From contig JAQGDQ010000147.1 of assembly GCA_030141605.1 (NCBI GenBank), positions 186,001 to 250,000 on the forward strand: 64,000 bases of DNA, written 5' to 3'. Positions 52,001 through 64,000 of this stretch are shown here, in pieces. The notes under the pieces are model-generated. The model was not told the origin of the DNA. It made no database searches and saw only the letters and a list, made by a program, of their open reading frames with translations. The stretch comes from Tubiluchus corallicola (taxonomy: Eukaryota; Animalia; Priapulida). The position numbers and the translations under genes were made by a program. How positions within the stretch are numbered: position 1 is the stretch's first letter; each line of letters starts with the position of its first letter.

Positions 52001-54683
52001 TTTGTCTGAATTCTGTATATTCAGATTACGAAGTGTGGTTCAAATATGTGGGGCATTCAAATACGAAATATAGTTCAATCTCTATTAGGTTTTGCATGTT
52101 GTATCTACTACTGATACAGAGACAGAGTCTTTTTAATTGATTTACATATCTGCCTTTTTCAATTAGTAGGTCATGATCGCTTATTCTAAGTTTTGTTACA
52201 TTATGTCCATGTTGTTTATTATTCATAATCTGAAGGTATGGCTAAAAATGGTAAGTGTATTTTAAGTTTCTGCAAAACCTTAACTTATTCTTTCCTTCTG
52301 TATTCCAAATATCATTTGGAAAATAGAATCTGGAGCCAGTTTCTAGACTTTTCTGAAATTTGTTGGTTTTCTGATTAAACGACCATTTTTTCTTTATGGA
52401 GGTTTCTTACTTTCCCGTGTTTGTCAAGCAGTCCCAGTTGGGAGAAAAGTTTCTGGGAGAATCTAGAAGTTCAAAGAGAGGTTTGAAAAGTGTGTTTCTT
52501 GGTTTGCGAGGGACTGAAAGGTCGTATTTAAATGTCGTTTTTGGAGCTTTTTGGAGGATTGGAAATAGTCCTAGCTCTGCTTTGCAGACTATGTTTGAGG
52601 CAACAGAATGAACACTAGGCTTGTTATGATACATTATGATATCAATATACGTGTCAGTATTGTGATACTCTGACTTAACCGAGACTCTGAAATATAACCC
52701 TTGGCCACATATCTGATAATCCGCTGATAAAAACAATGTGAAATCTGCAACTTTACAGTGTACTGTATTACTGTATATATATATGTAACATCACTCCTTC
52801 AGTCAATGCAGTGTAAGCTGTATTGAGAACTGACGTGTGATGTGCAATAGCGTGCAGTTAGCAATCAACACTGCTAAAAGCGCGTTGGTATAATCATGTT
52901 ATCCTAATCAGTTGACTATAGTAATTGCATTTTTGTTGTGAAGTGGCTAGTAAGCGTGAATTAAAAAATGCACCAGCCACGTTTAAATCTAAAGTTGGAA
53001 GTATTTTGCATTGCCAGTGATGTATGATAAGAACGACGTACGAGGAGTTAACAAAAATTTAACTGTTTGTTGAGTTTGTGATGCAACGAATATAACAATA
53101 CACATGAAGCGGCATCATTTGGATAGCTATTATGAAGGAAATGCATGTGAAGAATCACTGAGCGAAAGCAAAGGAGTACCACCAACAACTTCTTAAAATG
53201 CGCCTGGATCTGGTCAACTGAGACGGTCCGATGCTTTTAAATTAAACCATGCACCTAGATCGCATATAAAGCTCAATTAACAATGAAACACATCAGAATT
53301 TTTATGGCAGTGCTCAGACTAAAAGCCATCTTCTGTTATTGAAAAGTCTGGCTTCAGAAAACTGATAAATGAATTAGAGCCGGGATGCACTAAAGCTTCG
53401 CGTACTTAGTTCAGTAAAACACTGATGCCTCAGATGTACGAAGAAACAAAGACTCAAGTAAAAATTGAGATTAACAAATCCACAAAGCGTCATGTTAACT
53501 AGTGATGACTGGACTTTGCACACTACTTGAAAGTTATAATACTATAACTGTTTACTTTATTACCGATAAATGTGATTAGCAAATCATGTTTCACAAACAA
53601 GCATGATAAGAGTCACACACGGGGAAGCACCTGGGTGCTGTGGTTATAGCAGTTGTTAAAAAATGGCAAATGCCAACAAAATACAGCATACCGCTCATTA
53701 CAAGCACTGTAAGCAACATGAATATAGCTGCTAAAAAGCCAATTTGTATCTGAATGTTAAGTACTTTGCTCATATGGTCAACCTGGCAATGGGAAAATGG
53801 TAACTGAATATTGAAATTTCAATTTGAATAAAGCCCCAATGCTCTGTTTTCTCGTTGTTTCTGTGCATTTGGTATATGTTCCCATGTTTTTAAAGTAGGT
53901 GCCTAAGTATTTTATGTGTTTTTCTTTTGATATATTTTGAAATATTTTTCCATAGACAGACATACCATGGTACCAGAAGTTACTCCTACAAAATCAAGAA
54001 GAGAACAGTTCCCCAAAGGTGGAGTAGAAGGAGGTTCACATTTGCAAGGTGGGTAATTAATGAGTGGAACATGCTGCCTGACACTGTAGTTCAAGCCTCC
54101 AATCCTGCCCAGTTTAAGTTTCGTCTTGATAAACACTGGAAATGCAATCCTGAAAAATATATAGAACCCAGGTTGCCACAATGGCAACAGGAAACCTTGT
54201 GCTACATTTCATGACCGCAGTGTGGCCACCCATTTTGTTCATTTTTTATATTAATAAAGTAAACAAGGAAGAATGGAGAGGTCCATAAGCTATTTATGCT
54301 TAACCTTTATCTTTCGACGGTAACGATATAGTACTTGAGTTACATGTGGTGACTAGAGAAAAGATCGTCTTCTATGAAAGTAACAATTCCTTCATTTATT
54401 ACAGAGTTACAGACTTTTCCTAAGTAGGGAATAACATGATAGCCCTCTGTAGTTTTTTTTGCATCTTTGGCTCTCCACGTTTTAGGTGTCATCACGTTTT
54501 TCGTGGCCACGGTTGACATCTAGATTTGCCACTAAGGCAAATAACCAGTTAGCTGCCTAAGCAGATGCCTGATAAAACTGCAGCTACTGAAGAAATGAAA
54601 GCAATAGTTACCCTGTCTTGATCGAAGTCCTTTTCAAGTTTTTTCTTGTAGTGCAAAACAGCTGCTTGTATATTTGCATCCAT
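43084..54683 (-). CDS. ELOA: Elongin A (RNA polymerase II elongation factor SIII subunit A), about 579 aa; exons 54683-54612, 51304-51248, 50870-50085, 49021-48913, 48150-48064, 47712-47659, 47283-47186, 46518-46417, 45719-45641, 43922-43695, 43151-43084
   Basis: TFIIS N-terminal domain ([25 protein letters not shown]...[12 protein letters not shown]), basic low-complexity middle, BC-box [17 protein letters not shown], Elongin A domain ([36 protein letters not shown]...[10 protein letters not shown]), [15 protein letters not shown], and C-terminal [17 protein letters not shown]. All introns GT-AG and phase-consistent. Confidence 0.93.
46042..46266. mobile_element. Tigger/pogo-like MITE, about 225 bp
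   Basis: Inverted ends CAGTCAAACCTCATTTACCACC and GGTGGTATAGAGGTTTGACTA. Confidence 0.6.
46775..47103. mobile_element. Degraded hAT-like MITE
   Basis: Ends TAGTAATGGGA and TCCCACCACTA with internal AATCGATT/AATTGATT repeats; no clear TSD. Confidence 0.45.
51930..52760 (-). mobile_element. LINE ORF2 C-terminal remnant (RTEX-like); upstream piece at about 53790-53950
   Basis: [10 protein letters not shown] and [17 protein letters not shown]...RLCLC...[11 protein letters not shown]. The upstream piece reads KHIKYLG...[12 protein letters not shown]. Confidence 0.7.
52960..53790 (+). pseudogene. Decayed hAT (ZBED1-like) transposase
   Basis: Fragments [56 protein letters not shown] and FAHMVNLA (C2H-motif region) in the expected order, with stops and frameshifts. 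Confidence 0.7.
53950..54322 (+). mobile_element. CR1-type LINE 3' fragment, copy 1
   Basis: [31 protein letters not shown] is the typical CR1 ORF2 end. Confidence 0.7.
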
Positions 54684-55781
54684 TATGATCAGTCAAGATT
54701 GGCAAATTAGAAAGTGTACCAATGCCAAGTGTTAGTGACCAACAAATAAAACTTGTGCTAGAAAATTTTGTATACATTCGCAAAAACATCTAGAGGTGAA
54801 TTTTCATATGTCGCTGAAAAACAAAATTTAATGTTATCATAGATTAATTCCAAACATACATTAGTTACGATGCCATCTTTTCTAAACAAGCCAACTTGGC
54901 AACTAGGCAACAGACGCACCATCTAGCTTATGATTTTGGTTTTTATACACGAGCACTACGATCATAGTTGAAAAGTCAAAGTGGCTATTGTCTTTTCCTA
55001 TTATACTGTTGTAAGATATAGAAAGCGAAAAAGAAGAAAAAATTTTAGATAGATAAAACAACTATCTGATTAACTTTAAATAAAGACAAAACAAAATGTT
55101 TCCTTTTCTGGCCACTTTTTATAAACCCGAATGAGATCTTCACAGTCAAAATTAATTCAAATGTGGTGAAAACTTATATTATACATCAATGTACTATTAG
55201 CTGAATGTACGTTATTTTTCCGGTTATAATCAAGGGTAAAAGATACCATTGGGATTTACGTAACTCGGGCATTCAATATAAGGGTCGTCTATGGAATGGA
55301 ACAATCAAATTTATTTCATTTCGTAGCTTGACAAACGGAAAAATACAAAAACTTAATAATTGCAGACGAGCGCATGATCAATTAATATAAGAAAAATACA
55401 GCACATCGCAGGCTTGATGTTCGTGTGTTTAAATGCAAGAAAGACTTAATATTTTTGTTGCTCGTTTATTGAATGTAGAGCAAGGCTAACTGGCTTAGTT
55501 TCTTTATTATACATGTCTCTGTATTTTGTAGTGCTTTGAAACTTCGTCTCTACATTCTGTTTAAATTGAAGTCACTTTTTGGCTACTTGAAGTGTTAACT
55601 TCGTCAGTGTTAAAATAGCTGCTGCTTCCCAAATTTGTGTTTATGAAAAAGAGCAATCAGTTTATCTGCTGATTAGACATTAGTTGTGACTGTCATGTTG
55701 TTTAGTTTAGTTTAGCTTAGACAGTTGTTGTCCTGTTTGAGCTGTTGTCCAGAATGCTGCTGAGCGTGCCTACATTGCAGC

Positions 55782-55817
55782 GGGGGCGGAGCGATAGACC
55801 GATTTGTTTGACGTCAA
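55782..55817. promoter_or_regulatory. GC box plus palindromic CRE, candidate upstream promoter of ELOA
   Basis: GGGGGCGGAG at 55782-55791 and TTGACGTCAA at 55808-55817, about 1.1 kb upstream of the ELOA ATG. Confidence 0.4.
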
Positions 55818-55879
55818 TTGTGTGATTCGTTTTGTTCACTGTATTATCTTTTCTTATATTAAAGTAAATCGATGATATA

Positions 55880-56213
55880 CATCGATGAGTATAAATCAGA
55901 GAGCAGCCTCCGATAGATGTGGCAGAAAACGAGAGATTCTTTCGATGCGGGTGGTTGACGAATGGAATAAGTTACCCGAAAATGTAATCCATGCCACTAA
56001 TTCTTCCCTGTTTAAGCCCGATTGGATCGATTTTGGCAGCACAACCCAAAACAGTTTGTCGATCCTAGACTGCCTCAATAGCAACAAAATGTTTTGCAAC
56101 ACAATCCATGATCGTGGAGTGCAGCTGTTTCTTTTAATACATAAAGAAATCAAAGAAAATTGGAAAGGTTTATAAGCTATTTTTTCAGCTTAACCTCTAT
56201 CTTTCGACGGTAA
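55880..56213 (+). mobile_element. CR1-type LINE 3' fragment, copy 2
   Basis: RVVDEWNKLPENVIHATNSSLFK, with the same 3' tail (GCTTAACCTYTATCTTTCGACGGTAA) as copy 1. Confidence 0.7.
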
Positions 56214-58773
56214 TGGATGAACACTAACATAGTTGCAAGAACTTCATACTAAACTAAACAACGAACTGCCTCCTCTCAAAAATGCCTGAAAAATTAGCAA
56301 AAGTAAAATCCCACTGTATGGAACAGTATGGCACTACATTATTATTATACTGAAATAATAGCGATTATAATTTGTGATTAGATTATAATAATAACCATAA
56401 ACAAAATCAACTACGCCTGAGTCAACTGGAATTGAAACATACATGTAAACTCGGTGATGCATAAAAATAATGAAATGCAAATGTTAAAAAATGTAATGGT
56501 ACTGAAAATGTCAATCTGTCTAGACTAGAGGACTTAAAACAGGCAAGTTGTTCAGTCGTAACAGGCATTTAAATTTTTCTTTTATAAATACCAAAATAAA
56601 CGTCAGAAATGTCTAAATCAAATAATAATGATTACCATTATAATAACCGTTTTTGCACATTCACATAAGATTAATACCTACCACTTTGATACGCTTCACA
56701 TCTACATCAGTTTCTCCCATCAACAAAACTTGCAAGGAAAGCTTTTTGGTAGTCTGTTCAACATATAATTTTGTTAAGTCATTTATAGTAGATAAATTTA
56801 ATCTTCTGTAACAGCACTAGCTGTTCTACATAATATCTGTTTGAGAAAACCGAAATGATTTTTTTTGGCCAGCATGCAGTTTATCTGTATAAACTCTTTT
56901 AATATTAAACGGTATTTTATTAACAATGCAATTACAAGTATACATTACATACACTGATTCCATGGAAAGCATAATTGTTAATGAGATTAGCTAACAGGTT
57001 CCTCCTGTAGGCTATCTTATTGTTTTGACCAATTCCAATCAATATCTAGCAGCTATGGCCATGAAACATAGTATGTGTTCCAAGTTTAACATTTCCCATT
57101 TTTAAATTTGTTTTTCCAAATTCAACTAGCTGTACCATAACAAATTATAATCTTGATGTTAGATTACAAATAATTATCAGATGCATATAACTAAAGTGTA
57201 AAACTTTTTTGTTCATTGAACTTCATTCATTGCAATTCATACGAACTTTCAACTTGCCAAAATAATATTCACAAACACTTTTTTCATTTTGCATCAATCT
57301 AAATTTATTCCAGAATTAACATTTAATAAAAACAGAATAAAAATTAGGTGTACATTAAATCAAAATTAGGAGGTAAAAAATGGTATTATTTCTAAAAATA
57401 TTTCACTGACTCTGTTAATAAAACCATAAATAATTTAATAAAAAAAATATACAATAAATAAAACCGTAAATTTAAAGGAAATAAAATTTCTTAGTAAAGT
57501 GCAAAGTAACCAACTAAGCAAAAGGCCAACGAAAACCTATCACAAGTTGAACAAATAGAAAAATATCTGATGACATTGTGAAACAAATTAAAGAAAATAT
57601 GCCACAAAAAGAATTACCAACCAACAGTTTAATTTACATAAAAACTTAAATTTTTGTACATTAATATAGTTAAACGTATCACTTGCAACAACTTGAACTA
57701 ACAAGTGTGCAATAGTGCCCTTCTTGCTAGTACTCCAAAGTCCTACTATAAAGCTTGGGTCTGCAAAGCGGAAAGCAAAATGCTCGGAAATGCACATGAG
57801 CACATGGACATCCCCATAGGCACATGGATGCACACATCCTCTTCCCTTGCTGACACTTTGCTTGGATCAAGGTACTTTTGGACTTAGTCTAACTTTAAAA
57901 ATTACCTAATTAATGTGGAACATTATTTTTATTACGTATTGGAAATATTTTAGAAAACATTCACGAAAAAGTAAAATGCAAACTAACTTTTAACAAAGAA
58001 AGGAATGTGTGAAATGTAAAAATCACAACTATATGTAGTTAGAAAACAGGTTCACTTGCCCTGTAGCACAATTAGTTGGAAAAGGTGCCTATTTCTGATG
58101 CAGTATAACATAAAAAGTTAGAAAGCCTGTCCACTTTCTGCTGTATTACACCACAAGTAGTTATGAAATACATCTGTAGAGAAAGTGAAACCTTGTTACA
58201 GACATTGAATTGCCTAGAACAAGTTGACTTTTGAAAAGAGGATACATACATTGCAGAACTCACACAATGCTGTAAAAACACTGAAAAAGAAATATGCATT
58301 GCAGTTTAAGATGTACTATTGCTTGTTTGGATTCTACATTTTTTTGCTTCAAAAGAACAAGCAACTACAGGAAGCTTTGTATAAACAACTGTGCATCACT
58401 GCTGTCATTCCACCCACGATACTGTTTGGAACATTACTTCAGCAAGAATCGTCAGAATTTGTAAACAATCTGGCAACAATAATTAGAATATTTATAACTG
58501 CAGCCATGCAACAAGACACAATGCATTTAGGATTCCTTTAGATGTTAAAAATGTTAAAAAAATAACTGACCTATGTCTCATATAATTACGCATTTGGTTT
58601 TGAAGTCTGCATATCTTGAATTTAATTGCAGCATTTATTTTGCATAAATGTTTTTAATAGTAAACTTTGGTATGTTACTGAACAAAAATGTTTTTCTTTT
58701 ACCACATATGGAAAAGACAAGCCCATGAATGTGGTTCATCAATTCTTTTACAATTAGTACTCACCTGTCAAGC

Positions 58774-61700
58774 TTATTTCTCACAATTCTTCTGGCTACA
58801 GTTTGAAGTTACTCCTAAGCTGCTGTTGAAATTTTGTAGAATTTTTAGCATACTCTGCTCTGCCAAGGGAGCAGGCATGTCTTTCTTGGCTCTCTTTGCA
58901 AAAAATGAGTCATCACAGCTCATCTTTGGAACTAACAACACTGGTGGTGATTTCTTTGCTGGCTGACTCAAACTAAAGCCACGTACTTCATGATCATCAC
59001 AAACTGGTGACAAAGTTTTGCTGTTTCTTTCAACACCTTTAGTTGGCTCTGCATCATGCTTTACCACAGGTGGTTTAGTAATGCATCCAGATTTTCTTTT
59101 AGCACAACCTTTAAGTGGGCTATGTTTTGTCATTATAGAATCTGCTGTAGTAGGTGATTGTGAAGATATATGTTTTTCCACACCAGGATTAACCTGGAGC
59201 TTGAGTTGAGTTGGTTTATCTAGTGAATCTACAGGTGGAATATTTGGAATGCTAGCAGGGTCGTCAATCGTCATTGGTGGCTGTGTCTCTATTGATTTTT
59301 TCTGATTAGACAAGTCAAGATGGATTGCATGACTTTCTACCACTTTGGCTTGTTGGTTTGGCACTTCACTCTTCCTAGGCTCATTGTTCTCAGGATTACA
59401 ATGACCTGCCAATAACATGACATTTGCGGACGAAATCTCTTTAGGATGAGTTTGCATTAAAGGCTCACCATTATTTTCACATTTTTTGTCATTGAATGTC
59501 TGTTGAGTTTCTACCAAAATATGAACAGGTTGTTTGATTTTGCTACCTATCTTATCATTCTGCACATCTGTATCAGTAGCAGTAAATTTGCAGTTAAGCT
59601 GCTGTTTAACAGCAGTATTTTTTTCAAATGAAGTTGTCTGAATAGGTTCTTTGTTATCTTTTGTATGTAAAACAGCAAGTGAAAGCTTGTTTTGTTGTGT
59701 CTGTTCACCACAACGTTTTGTTAAACTAACTGCACAGTTATTCTTATTGGCATCAGTTTGAATTGGCAAAGCTTCATAATGGTTGTTAGCTTCTTCTGTG
59801 TTCTGGTTAACCAATGTTTCACGATTTGCTATCTTCTCTGCAATTTAAATTAATCAAAAAACTAGGTAAATCAGCATAATTAAAACACTTAAATTGCGAA
59901 GTACGAGGAATAAACGGAGAAATCATTTTTTGTTGCGAATCGTTTGCAAGGCAGTATGAAAAATTTAATGAGCAATAATTACATTCAAATTCACATTTTC
60001 TTGTGATGGTTCCTGAAATTACTCAAATTGTGTAATATTTAGCTAACGTTTTAAAACTAAGAACTATAGAGAGTTGACTTGTGACACTGAAAATGTTTTT
60101 CTCAAATCATCACTATGAGATGATGGTTAGCATGAAATAGGCTGCAGCATTGATATTTTGATCAATTTGTCAAAGTACCCAGCCAGTGGTAACTGCAATA
60201 TAGCTAAAAAGTGTGATAAATATGAATAAAAATGAAAAGTAAAAATAATGGCTTTTCATTGGTACTTTTGCTTTTGGATTGAAGAAACAACATGAATGGT
60301 TTAAACAATGATGAGATTGATATATATACACACACACCCACACCCACGCATGCATGCACGCACACACACACAGAATATATATACACACATAGGTGAGACA
60401 ATGCCACATGCTAATTGGTTTAGACTATCAATAAGAATTTGCCCAACATCAATTTCCGACCCTTTCATGTTTAGTCATGTCTTTTGTAGGGAAAACCCAG
60501 GAGTGCTGAGTACTAGCAACTGGGGCTGGAAAACTGTTGAAGAGACCAATCACATTGACCGTAGGCAGAGAAGAAAAATACCTTGTATAGAAACCTGTGT
60601 TTGAAGGCTGGCTATGCTTTCAGCAGGGTCACCAGTTTGCACAGCTATATGCTCAACGTTAATGAGTTTATCTACAGTTTGTGAGGACACATCTTTTGTG
60701 GCATGCATCTCTTTACTTTCCTAAATAAACAATAGACCATTATCAGTTTATTTTACCAGGTGGATTAGGAAAGCAATGCTGAAAATAAATTATATTTAAC
60801 GTTGTTTCTATGGGTAGCAATACAAAATAAATTATGTTAATGTTGCCACATACTTCAGATACGTTTCAGTAAAAGAATACAATATAATCCGCTTACAACA
60901 AGTTTCAAGGGATCGTGAAAATTTGCTCGTTATATCCGAGTCTCATTATAACCGAGGTCAATTGTCCGAGTGTATGTACAAGATCAAAATAAAGAGTGTA
61001 ACGCAGATAGCACGTAACAATGAAAAAACGCTTTTTTGAGACTGGCACAAGTTTCTTAATAAGTACCACTGTTCAACAACTATTTTGTTACAGAAGAGTA
61101 AACTTAGTGTACCAAGTCTGTCAGTCATTTATGCAGTAAATCTCTGCATGTGAGTCACTGTTCTGTTGTGATTAATTTTGTCTGCTGATAGCTGAGTGTG
61201 TTTTATGTGGGTAATGTTAAAGTGCCTGGTTGCCTGTGTGGGTGGAAAATGGCAAGTTTTTATCATTTTAAACACATCAGTATAAACTTAGCCTGGATAC
61301 AAACATCTTTATTTTTATTTAAATAGCTCTGCAAGTGCCATACAATTCATGATTATGAGCATTACAGCAGGACCTACGTTGGCTAATAACTAAAGCTAGC
61401 TTATGTGCTACGTAATGTAAAATCGCGGTAGTTACTTGAAAGTATTTTTATTAAAAATCAAACTTTGACAAGTCACAGAATTACTTAGTTTGCTGAACGT
61501 TAGCAAAGGCTTCAACTGCACCATTCAAGCTAACATGCTGACAAACTGGTCTTTGCTGAGTCTGAATAATCCACCCGCTTCATTCTTCAAGTTACAATTA
61601 CAGTAGGACAAGTACAACTGCAGATCCACCAGCACGTCTGCATGTACTGCAGTTAGTTGATACATTCATACATATTACTTTACGCGCAATCAGTAAATTA

Positions 61701-63901
61701 ATTACCACTGGGTACGTTGACCGTTTTTTCCTTGGTGAATGGTGCTTATTCAAATTTCACCCATTGTTTTAGACCTCGCAGTCATTATGTGCATGGGAAG
61801 TACAATCACTGGGTGGTAAAATTCCCTCGTAATAAGCAAAATCTCGTAATATCGGAGCACGCCGTAAGCAAGCTTAAATATAAAATTTAAGCCTAAGATT
61901 TGGCAGGACTTTGAAATTTGCTCGTAATAACCAGGGACTCGATATAACAGGCCTCGTTATAAATGGATTATACTATAATTACCATAGCGGTACTAAAATT
62001 ACACAATGATTGTATTAGATGTGTACTTTAAACTAGGTCTGCAAATCGCAATTGGATTGTGCTTAAAAACATTTAATGAAGCTGCAGTAAGGGTTGTCTC
62101 TTCCATAAAGAGGTGCGACTTTGCAATATGACAAAATTTGTAATAACAAAATTGCAAATAAAGCAATTGCACAAACCTTTGCAGTAACTTATAAGCCAAG
62201 AATTAGCAATGAAAGAATAAGCAAAACAGAGCAAATGCAACTCACAACCCGAAGATGCAAAGCGCAATTTTCTGCAGACCATTTGCTGTTAAGTTCTTCG
62301 AGTTCTTTGTTTACTTTATGAAAGTTGCTCAGTTCAGATTCCATTGCACTTATAATAGATTTGTCTTTCTCAATCTGCAAGACAAAGTTTAAAATGAAGA
62401 AATCTTGAATGTTGTCATATGTTTGCATATTTTAGGAAGAAGCACCAGCTGCAAAGCTTAATCTCTGGATATTAATCAGTACCAATAATTAGAGTGTAAA
62501 CACGACCATGTATCCATAAAATGGACAAAATGTGCTATTGGCTAGCAGAACGAAATGAAATGAAATTGAGAGGATCACTAATATACTAAACGGCTATGAT
62601 TATTAATGAAGCAAATTATTCATTAAAATTATTTTTTTATATTATTATATGTAATATATTCTATAGCAAAAGCTTTATTATATATATATTGTCATTTTAT
62701 TTTTTGATGCTTTGTTTATCTTCTGTCCAACACTTGCCTGAATTTAAATTATCTTCTTGTGGGGCATTATACATGCCTTACTTGGGAGTTCATTAAGACA
62801 TTCACAATACTAATTCCTATGTCAAATTGTTATTCAAATACAATACTGAGACTCCTAAAGTTTTTTTCAATAATTTTGCAATTCTTTGTGCATTTCTTGC
62901 TACATATGCTTAGCAAACTGGATACGACAATCACTGACTACTGCTTGCAATTCTACAGCTGTTGTGCTGAAATTAAACAATGCTTAAAGTAATTGGGGTA
63001 TATTAAAAAAAATAAGCAGGCAAAAAGTTAGATTAGATTTTTTAAATAACCAATGCATTGGATTTTTCAAGTAACCAATGAAGGGACTGCTTAGAAATTC
63101 TGAAAATTACTTCTTGCTCAAAACTGCAAAAAACGAAAAAAGTGTGAGCTAAATTTTTGCGAATGGAGCTTCAAAGCCTTGCTTGCAAAGTTTTATTTTT
63201 GCAACATGCCATTCCAAGCAGTTGCAAATTATACATCACCTAAGTGTTAGATTACTGGCCAAGCAACTAAATTATGTAATCTTTTTGTAATAAAACAAAA
63301 AGCATGCACCAAAACAACTCTGTCTGCAGGTAAAATGACAATTTGCTTTCTGCATATGCATTTATCAGCACTGATTCTGATGTTTAATCACTGATTGCTG
63401 AGAAATAAAAAGCGATAAACGTAACACATGTTCAGCTACAGTTAACTATACGTTTGTAAACCGGGTACACAACATCAAATGAAGCTGACATGTGAGTTTT
63501 ATACTAGCTTAATGTGAAATTTTCGAATAGAGGGGGAGAGGGCTGCCTCACAATATTTGCAAACTTTCCATCACGCTTTGATCTTATAGTTTACAATATT
63601 TCGTTTTAAATTTATTTTTGCAAATCGTCAAAGCAAGACTAAACTGAGGGCAGTTCAACAAAACAATGAACAGGTATCAACGCGCCTGCTTGTTTAACTC
63701 AGCAACAGATGTTTCAAGATCATCTTGCAGCTCTTGTATCTTCAGTGTCTTCGTCTCAGACTCGACATGTAACTGTTCTAATTCGCCTTCAACTAGCAAG
63801 ACTTTTTCCTGCAGTCTCTTAGCTTCCTCTTCTAAATTAAATCGCAAATCACTCTGCTGTTTCAGTATGTCATGAGCCTTTTCCAGAGCTGCTTTACTTT
63901 T
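58774..63901 (-). CDS. 3' part of an unidentified coiled-coil protein with a long disordered C-terminus; exons 63901-63686, 62374-62246, 60720-60582, 59837-58774
   Basis: Phase-consistent exons: heptad-rich KSKAALEKAHDILKQQSDLRFNLEEEAKRLQEKV and IEKDKSIISAMESELSNFHKVNKELEELNSKW, then a 354-codon low-complexity exon. One GC donor is required at 63685. Confidence 0.75.
60325..60390. repeat. (CA)n-type microsatellite
   Basis: cacacacccacacccacgcatgcatgcacgcacacacaca. Confidence 0.75.
60880..61975. mobile_element. Tigger/pogo-like non-autonomous element, about 1.1 kb
   Basis: TA-flanked degenerate TIRs CAATATAATCCGCTTACAAC and GTTATAAATGGATTATACTA. Subterminal CTCGTTATA/CTCGTAATA repeats at both ends. 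Confidence 0.65.
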
Positions 63902-64000
63902 CTGAAAAAAATTACTAGATTTGTAATGTTATGTATCTCCAGAACTAACACTTAGCTGTAAGCAGCTAACTGTCACACATGTAGAAAGTTTTCTGTAAGA

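Noticed and set aside
58774-63901. Naming the coiled-coil gene (for example CCDC73 or SYCP1)
   Set aside because: Only generic heptad and disordered sequence is visible, with no diagnostic motif in the window.

Overview
Eukaryotic, AT-rich, intron-rich genomic DNA from an invertebrate animal (lophotrochozoan-like proteins; the species cannot be determined from sequence alone). Manual splicing with checked reading phases gives seven protein-coding genes. On the minus strand: the 5' end of CEP76, a secreted coiled-coil plus LamG/ConA-like protein, TMEM241 (SLC35D4), an intronless UTP11, Elongin A, and the 3' end of an unidentified coiled-coil protein. On the plus strand: a plant-type class II PRPP synthase (PRS3/PRS4-like). 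Introns and intergenic DNA carry many non-autonomous transposons: a 3.3-kb Sola3-like element with a 1.1-kb GA/CA microsatellite, hAT and Tigger/pogo MITEs, a decayed hAT transposase, CR1/RTE-type LINE remnants and tRNA-derived SINEs. The most interesting signals are the class II PRS with two GC-AG introns, a possible shared first exon for UTP11 and TMEM241, a divergent promoter bracketed by a 32-bp inverted repeat, and the secreted LamG protein. Most ORFs in the supplied track are spurious or are exon fragments. All family assignments come from recalled motifs, not from database searches.
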